A stretch of 64,000 bases of DNA. Origin: Actinomycetota bacterium. Its GTDB lineage: Bacteria; Actinomycetota; Acidimicrobiia; Acidimicrobiales; Ilumatobacteraceae. The notes below the pieces were generated by a model that saw nothing but the letters and a program-made list of their open reading frames with translations, did not search any database and had not been told where the DNA came from. The translations under genes and the position numbers were made by a program. The stretch is taken from NCBI GenBank assembly GCA_046723555.1, contig JBKOUV010000016.1, positions 160 to 64,159 of the forward strand, given 5' to 3'. Shown in pieces: positions 57,856 to 64,000 of the stretch (position 1 is the stretch's first letter; every line of letters begins with the position of its first letter).

Positions 57856-60800
57856 ATGGGCGACACGAATCACGACGACCCGCTCTGGTACCGCGACGCG
57901 GTCATCTACCAGCTTCACGTCAAGGCGTTCGCCGACTCCGACGGCGACGGCGTGGGCGACTTCGGTGGCCTCACCAGCAAGCTCGACTACCTTCACGACC
58001 TCGGCGTCACCGCGGTGTGGCTACTCCCGTTCTACCCGTCGCCGCTGCGCGACGATGGCTACGACATCGCCGACTACGAGGGCGTTCATCCCGCCTACGG
58101 CGACCTACCCGCGTTCCGGCGGTTCCTCAGGGAGGCCCACGCCCGCGGGCTCCGCGTGATCACCGAGCTGGTGATCAATCACACGTCCGACGAGCACGCC
58201 TGGTTCCAGCGGGCCCGCCGGGCACCGAAGGGCAGCACCCACCGCGACTTCTACGTGTGGCGCGACACCCCCGACGGCTACCCCGAAGCGCGCGTCATCT
58301 TCCAGGACTTCGAGTCGTCGAACTGGAAGTGGGACAACGTCGCCGGCCAGCACTTCTGGCACCGCTTCTACTCCCATCAACCGGACCTCAACTTCGACAA
58401 CCCGGCGGTCCACCGGGCCGTCTTCCGAGTGCTCGACAAGTGGCTCGGCATGGGCGTCGACGGGGTGCGCCTCGACGCCATCCCCTACCTCTACGAGCGC
58501 GAGGGCACGAACTGCGAGAACCTGCCAGAGACCCACGCCTTCCTCCGGCAGCTGCGCGCCCACATCAACGCCCGCTACCCGAACCGACTGCTGCTGGCGG
58601 AGGCCAACCAGTGGCCGGAGGACGCGGTCGCGTACTTCGGCGGGGGTGACGGCGACGAGTGCAACATGGCGTTCCACTTCCCCGTCATGCCTCGCCTCTA
58701 CATGGCGCTGCAGATGGAGGACCGTCGCCCGATCGTCGACATCCTCGAGCAGACCCCGCCGATCCCGGCGACGGCGCAGTGGGCGATGTTCCTCCGCAAC
58801 CACGACGAGCTCACGCTGGAGATGGTCACCGACGAGGAGCGCGACTACATGTACCGCGCCTACGCCAGTGATCCCCAGACCCGCATCAACCTCGGCATCC
58901 GCCGGCGCCTCGCCCCGCTGCTGCAGAAGGACCGCCGCACGATCGAGCTGCTCAACGCGCTGCTGTTCTCGCTCCCCGGAACCCCGGTCCTGTACTACGG
59001 CGACGAGATCGGGATGGGCGACAACGTCTACCTCGGCGATCGCGACAGCGTCCGCACCCCGATGCAGTGGAGCGCCGATCGCAACGCAGGGTTCTCGCGG
59101 GCCAACCCGCAGCAGTTGTACCTACCGGTGATCATCGACCCGCAGTACCACTACGAGACGATCAACGTCGAGGCCCAGCGGTCGAGCCCGAGCTCGCTGT
59201 GGTGGTGGATGCACCGGTTGATCGCGCTGCGGACCCGCCACCGCGTGTTCGGGCGCGGCGACCTCGAGTTCCTCCACCCGGAGAATCCGAAGGTGCTGGC
59301 GTTCATCCGCAGCATGCGCGGCGAGGACGGCGACGAGGAGGACATCCTGGTCATCGCCAACCTCTCCCGCTACGCCCAAGCGGTGGAGCTCGATCTCAGC
59401 TCGCGGGCCGGCGCGACGCCCGTGGAGCTGTTCGGCAACACCCCGTTCGCCGCGATCGGCGAGTTCCCCTACTACCTCACCCTCGCCCCGTACGGGTTCT
59501 ACTGGTTCCGCCTGACGCCGAAGCCGGTCGAGCCGGTGCGGGCGCGTCCCCGGGCCGACCTGCCGATGGTGACCCTGCCCGCGACCGCGGGCCGCGTCGA
59601 CGGCCGTAGTCGCGTCGGGCTCGAACGGGCGCTCACCGAGTGGATGCCCCGCCGACGCTGGTTCGCCGGCAAGTCCCGGGCGATCCGTTCTCTGTCGGTG
59701 GAAGACTCGATCGAGCTCACCGACGGACAGGGCGGCTGGCCCGCCGAACTGCTGCTGGTGTCCGTCGAGTACGCCCAGGGCGAACCAGAGCTGTACTCCG
59801 TCCCGGTCTGCGTGGTCTCGGGGGACGACGCCGACGGCGTGCGCAGCGAGCGACCAGATCTCGTGATCGCCCGCGTCAAGCGGCGCGAGAACCAGGCGGG
59901 CTCCGGGCCGGCCCTGCTCGTCGACGCCCTCGCCGAACCGGCCGTCACGGTCTCCCTCGCCCAGATCGCAGTGCGCCCGCGGCCGCGGCGGGGAGCCCGG
60001 GGCGAGGTGCGCGGCGCCAGCACGCCGTCATTGCGCCAGCTGGTGCGCAGCGGCAAGCTCGACGTGTCGATGCTCGGCGGCGAGCAGTCCAACACCTCGG
60101 TGCTCATCGGCGACCGGGCGATCCTCAAGCTGTACCGGCGACTCGCCGAAGGGGTCAGCCCCGATCTCGAGGTCGGGCGCCATCTGCAGGGCCGCTTCGA
60201 CAGCTCGCCGTCGCTACTGGGCTCGGTGGAGTACCAGCGCCGCCGCGGCGAGCCGATCACGCTCGCCGTCGTCCACGATTTCGTCCCCAACGAAGGCGAC
60301 GCGTGGAGCTACGCCCTCGACCGGCTGACCGGCTACTACGAGCGAGTTCTGGCCCGGCCCGAATCGCTCGACCCGGCCGACTTCTCCACCGATCTCTACG
60401 GGCCGGTCGTCGAGGCCTCGCCGCTGGTGCACGACCTCTTCGGGCCCTTCTTCGCGTCCGCCGAACTGCTCGGCCGGCGCACCGCCGAGATGCACATGGC
60501 GCTGGCCTCCGGTGACGATGCGGCGTTCGCGCCCGAGCCGTTCACTCGCTTGTATCAACGGTCGCTGTACCAGAGCATCCTCAACGAGGTCCGCGCCACG
60601 CTGCGGGCCCTGCGCGGCCGGCGGGCTTCGCTGCCGCCTGAGCTTGAGGGGCTGCTCGACGACCACTTCGAGCGTCGCATCTTCACCCGGCTGGAGCAGC
60701 TGCGCAGCCGGCGGATCGACACCTTCCGGACCAGGGTGCACGGCGACTACCACCTCGGTCAGGTGCTCTGGAACGGCGCCGACTTCGTCGTCATCGACTT

Positions 60801-61218
60801 CGAGGGCGAGCCCGACCGGTCCGTCGGCCAGCGCCGCCTGAAGCGGCCGCCGGTCCGCGACGTGGCCGGCATGCTGCGGAGCTTCGACTACGCCGCCCAG
60901 GTGGGTCTCCGCCAGCTCGTCGAGCTCGGGCTCGTCCCCGACTTCGCCACCGCCAACGAGCGACTCGGGGACTGGGGCCGGCTGTGGACGGCATGGGTCG
61001 GCCGGCGCTTCCTCGACGGCTACTTGGCGACGGCCGCCGGTCAGCCGTTCATCCCCGATGAAGAGGACGACCGGCGGCTGCTGCTCGACCTGTTCCTGTT
61101 GGAGAAGGCCTGTTACGAAGTGCGCTACGAGCTCGATCACCGCCCCGACTGGGTGGCCATCCCGCTCCACTCGCTGGCCGACCTCGTGGCGAGCTTCCCC
61201 GACCCGGAGAGCGCGTGA
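57856..61218 (+). CDS. treS: Trehalose synthase fused to maltokinase (TreS-Pep2/Mak)
   Basis: ATG 57856 (1120 aa). The N-terminal GH13 TreS part has WYRDAVIYQLHVKAFADSDGDGVGDF, GVDGVRLDAIPYL and NHDELTLEM. The C-terminal maltokinase part has EQSNTSVLIG, FVVIDFEGEP and RDVAGMLRSFDYAA. Confidence 0.9.
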   Translation: MGDTNHDDPLWYRDAVIYQLHVKAFADSDGDGVGDFGGLTSKLDYLHDLGVTAVWLLPFYPSPLRDDGYDIADYEGVHPAYGDLPAFRRFLREAHARGLRVITELVINHTSDEHAWFQRARRAPKGSTHRDFYVWRDTPDGYPEARVIFQDFESSNWKWDNVAGQHFWHRFYSHQPDLNFDNPAVHRAVFRVLDKWLGMGVDGVRLDAIPYLYEREGTNCENLPETHAFLRQLRAHINARYPNRLLLAEANQWPEDAVAYFGGGDGDECNMAFHFPVMPRLYMALQMEDRRPIVDILEQTPPIPATAQWAMFLRNHDELTLEMVTDEERDYMYRAYASDPQTRINLGIRRRLAPLLQKDRRTIELLNALLFSLPGTPVLYYGDEIGMGDNVYLGDRDSVRTPMQWSADRNAGFSRANPQQLYLPVIIDPQYHYETINVEAQRSSPSSLWWWMHRLIALRTRHRVFGRGDLEFLHPENPKVLAFIRSMRGEDGDEEDILVIANLSRYAQAVELDLSSRAGATPVELFGNTPFAAIGEFPYYLTLAPYGFYWFRLTPKPVEPVRARPRADLPMVTLPATAGRVDGRSRVGLERALTEWMPRRRWFAGKSRAIRSLSVEDSIELTDGQGGWPAELLLVSVEYAQGEPELYSVPVCVVSGDDADGVRSERPDLVIARVKRRENQAGSGPALLVDALAEPAVTVSLAQIAVRPRPRRGARGEVRGASTPSLRQLVRSGKLDVSMLGGEQSNTSVLIGDRAILKLYRRLAEGVSPDLEVGRHLQGRFDSSPSLLGSVEYQRRRGEPITLAVVHDFVPNEGDAWSYALDRLTGYYERVLARPESLDPADFSTDLYGPVVEASPLVHDLFGPFFASAELLGRRTAEMHMALASGDDAAFAPEPFTRLYQRSLYQSILNEVRATLRALRGRRASLPPELEGLLDDHFERRIFTRLEQLRSRRIDTFRTRVHGDYHLGQVLWNGADFVVIDFEGEPDRSVGQRRLKRPPVRDVAGMLRSFDYAAQVGLRQLVELGLVPDFATANERLGDWGRLWTAWVGRRFLDGYLATAAGQPFIPDEEDDRRLLLDLFLLEKACYEVRYELDHRPDWVAIPLHSLADLVASFPDPESA

Positions 61219-63116
61219 TGACTGAAACCCTGGATTGGCTGACGGACGTCGACATCCACTTGTTCAACGAGGGCACCCACTACCACCTCGGCGACAAGCT
61301 CGGCGCTCACATCACTCCCGAAGGCACCCGGTTCTCGGTGTGGGCGCCCGAAGCTCGGGACGTGCGGGTGCTCGGCGACGTCAACGGCTGGACCGGCGAG
61401 GGCGCAGTGCTGCAGCCCGTCGGGTCGTCCGGCATCTGGAGCGGCGTCGTGGACGGGTTCCCGCACGGATCGCCGTACAAGTACCGGATCACGTCCCGCA
61501 TACGCGGCTACGAGGTCGACAAGGCCGATCCGTACGCCTTCCACGCCGAAGTCCCGCCGAAGACCGCATCGGTGGTCTGGGACCTCGGTGGCCACCAATG
61601 GGGCGACGCCGAGTGGATGGCGGCCCGCAAGGAGACCAACGCCCTCGCCGCGCCGATCTCGATCTACGAGGTCCACCTCGGCTCGTGGGGCCGCGGCCTC
61701 GACCCCGAGACTGGACGGCCGACGTACCGGGCGCTCGGCGAGGCGCTCGCCCAGCACTGCGTCACCAACGGCTTCACCCACGTCGAGGTGCTACCGGTCA
61801 TGGAGCACCCGTTCTACGGGTCGTGGGGGTACCAGACGACCGGGTACTTCGCCCCGACGAGCCGGTACGGCACCCCGCAGGACTTCATGGCGTTGGTGGA
61901 CACGCTCCACCAGCACGGCGTCGGGATCATCCTCGACTGGGTGCCGTCGCACTTCCCGTCGGACGAGTTCGGTCTCGGCTACTTCGACGGGTCGCATCTC
62001 TACGAACATGCCGATCGCCGCCTTGGGCACCACCCGGACTGGGACAGCCTGATCTTCAACTACGGGCGCCACGAAGTGCAGGCGTTCCTGATCTCCAGCG
62101 CCCGGTGGTGGCTCGAGCGCTACCACGCCGACGGGCTGCGCGTGGACGCGGTGGCGTCGATGCTGTACCGCGATTACTCACGGGCCGCCGGCGAGTGGGT
62201 GCCGAACGAGTTCGGCGGTCGCGAGAACCTCGAGGCGGTGGCGTTCCTGCGCCAGCTCAACGAGGCGATCTACACCGAGTTCCCCGACGTGCAGACGTTT
62301 GCCGAGGAGTCGACGGCGTGGCCGCTGGTCTCGCGGCCGACGTACCTCGGCGGCCTCGGCTTCGGCCTGAAGTGGGACATGGGGTGGATGCACGACACCC
62401 TCGACTACCTGTCCCACGACCCGGTGCACCGCACCTACCACCACAACGAGCTGACGTTCCGGGCGATGTACATGCACTCGGAGAACTACACGCTGCCGCT
62501 GTCGCACGACGAGGTCGTCCACGGCAAGCACTCGCTGTACGGCAAGATGCCAGGCGACGACTGGCAGAAGCGCGCCAATCTGCGCCTGCTGTTCGGCTAC
62601 CAGTGGACCCAGCCCGGGAAGAAGCTGGTGTTCATGGGCGGTGAGGTCGCCCAGTACGCCGAGTGGAACCACGATGCGACCATCGAGTGGTCGCGGCTGG
62701 ACGACCCGGGAGCTGAGGGCGTGCGGCGCTGGCTCGAGGACCTCAACCGCACCTACCGGGCGCGCCCGGCGCTACACGAGGGCGATTGCGAGCCGGGAGG
62801 GTTCGAGTGGGTCGACGCCAACGACTCGGCGCAGAGCACGATCGCGTTCCTGCGGCGGGGCCGCCTGTCTGATGACGTCGCCCTGGTGGTCGCCAACTTC
62901 ACGCCCGTGCCGCGCTACAACCACCGAGTCGGGGTGCCCTCGGGAGGTCACTGGGTCGAGCTGTTGAACAGCGACGCGACGCTCTACGGCGGCAGCGGCC
63001 AAGGCAACGTGGGAGGTACCGAGGCCACCCCGGTCCCGTTCCACGGGCGGCAGTGGTCACTCAACCTGGTGCTGCCGCCGCTGGGTCTGCTGGTGTTCGC
63101 GCCCGAGTCGGTGTAG
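61215..63116 (+). CDS. glgB: 1,4-alpha-glucan branching enzyme (short form)
   Basis: GTG 61215 or ATG 61218, overlapping the treS stop. FSVWAPEARDVRVLGDVNGW, YGSWGYQTTGYFAP, DWVPSHFP, GLRVDAVASMLY, EESTAWP. Confidence 0.92.
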   Translation: MMTETLDWLTDVDIHLFNEGTHYHLGDKLGAHITPEGTRFSVWAPEARDVRVLGDVNGWTGEGAVLQPVGSSGIWSGVVDGFPHGSPYKYRITSRIRGYEVDKADPYAFHAEVPPKTASVVWDLGGHQWGDAEWMAARKETNALAAPISIYEVHLGSWGRGLDPETGRPTYRALGEALAQHCVTNGFTHVEVLPVMEHPFYGSWGYQTTGYFAPTSRYGTPQDFMALVDTLHQHGVGIILDWVPSHFPSDEFGLGYFDGSHLYEHADRRLGHHPDWDSLIFNYGRHEVQAFLISSARWWLERYHADGLRVDAVASMLYRDYSRAAGEWVPNEFGGRENLEAVAFLRQLNEAIYTEFPDVQTFAEESTAWPLVSRPTYLGGLGFGLKWDMGWMHDTLDYLSHDPVHRTYHHNELTFRAMYMHSENYTLPLSHDEVVHGKHSLYGKMPGDDWQKRANLRLLFGYQWTQPGKKLVFMGGEVAQYAEWNHDATIEWSRLDDPGAEGVRRWLEDLNRTYRARPALHEGDCEPGGFEWVDANDSAQSTIAFLRRGRLSDDVALVVANFTPVPRYNHRVGVPSGGHWVELLNSDATLYGGSGQGNVGGTEATPVPFHGRQWSLNLVLPPLGLLVFAPESV

Positions 63117-63126
63117 CGGCGACCGT

Positions 63127-63459
63127 CTAGCGGCCGGCGATCGCCGTTGCCCGCTCCGTGTATTCGCGAGGCGGAGTGTGCTGGACCTGCTCGTCCGGCG
63201 TGCTGGCCCGGCGCCGCCACGCGATCAGGGCGACGCAGACCGCCAGGGCGGCCGCGACGATCAGGACCGTCCTGGTCGGGAACCGCTTCTTGGGCGGCCG
63301 GAAGCGATGCTGGGCGCGCTGGGCGAGTCGATTGACGGTGTCGGGCAGCTCGGGGAGCTTTTCGGCGGCCGTCGAGCCCAGGTCGTGAACGATCCCGCTA
63401 CCGGCGGACAACACGTCGCCGACACTTTCCGAGATCGCGGTCAGCGGTTGGTGCTTCAT
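63127..63459 (-). CDS. Hypothetical small protein with C-terminal TM helix
   Basis: ATG 63459 is preceded by a strong RBS (GAGGAGGctgaccATG). 110 aa. MKHQPLTAISESVGDV... with TM VLIVAAALAVCVALIAW. No family recognised. Confidence 0.5.
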   Translation of the reverse strand: MKHQPLTAISESVGDVLSAGSGIVHDLGSTAAEKLPELPDTVNRLAQRAQHRFRPPKKRFPTRTVLIVAAALAVCVALIAWRRRASTPDEQVQHTPPREYTERATAIAGR

Positions 63460-63470
63460 GGTCAGCCTCC

Positions 63471-63656
63471 TCAACTGACGGTGGCGAGCGCTGAGGGAAC
63501 CTCCGTCTCCCCCTCGGCCGACGGAGCCCGGGGCGGGATGATTCCCTGGTCAGCAAGCCAGTTCAGCACTGTCTCCCGGCGCTGGGGACCCGACTCGGGG
63601 TCGAGGAACCACACCAACGTTCCCCCGACGAGCGCGGCGAACAGCAGCTTTCTCAT
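63471..63656 (-). CDS. Hypothetical small membrane protein
   Basis: ATG 63656. 61 aa. MRKLLFAALVGGTLVWFLDPESGPQRRE... . Its stop is 12 nt upstream of the next start. No family recognised. Confidence 0.4.
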   Translation of the reverse strand: MRKLLFAALVGGTLVWFLDPESGPQRRETVLNWLADQGIIPPRAPSAEGETEVPSALATVS

Positions 63657-63730
63657 GGACCTGGAGTACCCCGCGCCCACGCAGGCGTAAACGACGCCGC
63701 GCCGGGCCGAACTGACCCACCAGGCACGAA

Positions 63731-64000
63731 TTAGCCCTCAGTGTTACCGAGCTCCCGGAAGTAGTAGAACGCGCGCTCGGCCGTACCTGGTTCGGTCGCC
63801 GAGAACCCGTGACGTTCGTAGAACCGGTGGGCGTCGACGTCTCCTTCGTCGACGTTGATCTCGATCAGCTCGACGGCCCGGCGGCGGGCCTCGGCGATGA
63901 AGTACTGGAGCACGGCCGACCCGATCCCCCGCCCGCGCCGGTCCGGCACCACGTACATCTCGTCGAGCAGCGCGACCGGCCCGGCGTACCACACGTTGGG
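63731..64000 (-). CDS. GNAT-family N-acetyltransferase, N-terminus beyond window end
   Basis: [33 protein letters not shown]...[10 protein letters not shown] (acetyl-CoA binding R-x-x-G-x-G motif). The frame stays open to position 64000. Confidence 0.8.
   Translation of the reverse strand, partial: PNVWYAGPVALLDEMYVVPDRRGRGIGSAVLQYFIAEARRRAVELIEINVDEGDVDAHRFYERHGFSATEPGTAERAFYYFRELGNTEG

Overview
High-GC (about 70%) actinobacterial-type core chromosome, densely packed with about 65 CDS. I found no rRNA, tRNA, CRISPR, transposase, integrase or phage genes. Gene order: glyQS, then trpC-[DUF4188]-[Tat amidohydrolase]-trpF-trpB-trpA (minus strand); an exported YceI plus intradiol-dioxygenase-like pair; an OmpR/HK two-component system with a small acidic secreted repeat protein; a degenerate UPPS-like gene plus recO, divergent from uppS-dinG-DUF4015; a Liv-type ABC transporter; enoyl-CoA hydratase; fused E1 alpha/beta dehydrogenase, class-III aminotransferase and ALDH7-type dehydrogenase; mtrA (inverted), mtrB and a short lpqB-like gene; era; two acyl-CoA ligases, MaoC, a hydrolase and an LLM oxidoreductase; menaquinone genes (menG-menF, menD, dsbA-menH, menA, amidase-menE); thpR and an SDR; phoH-ybeY-corC; a histidine phosphatase; ArsR-SRPBCC-SRPBCC-LMW-PTP; an M20 peptidase; an AlkZ/YcaQ-family protein; a TfoX-ankyrin pair; glgE-treS/pep2-glgB; two small membrane proteins; and a partial GNAT. 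There is no obvious defence island or mobile element. The strongest observations are these. (1) A divergent pair of cis-prenyltransferase paralogs retains complementary motifs: a catalytic UppS lacking the C-terminal RXG motif, and a degenerate NgBR/Nus1-like partner that keeps RXG. This suggests a heteromeric bacterial UPP synthase. (2) At least two families of structured palindromic intergenic repeats occur as six copies, with compensatory arm changes. (3) Two non-trp genes, one Tat-exported, are embedded in the trp operon alongside a stand-alone trpF. (4) Two genes have intact catalytic N-termini but no canonical start codon (LMW-PTP and menE). Many very long ORFs in the track are antisense or run-on artefacts of the high GC content and were rejected. 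All functional calls rest on motif recognition by eye; no database search was run.
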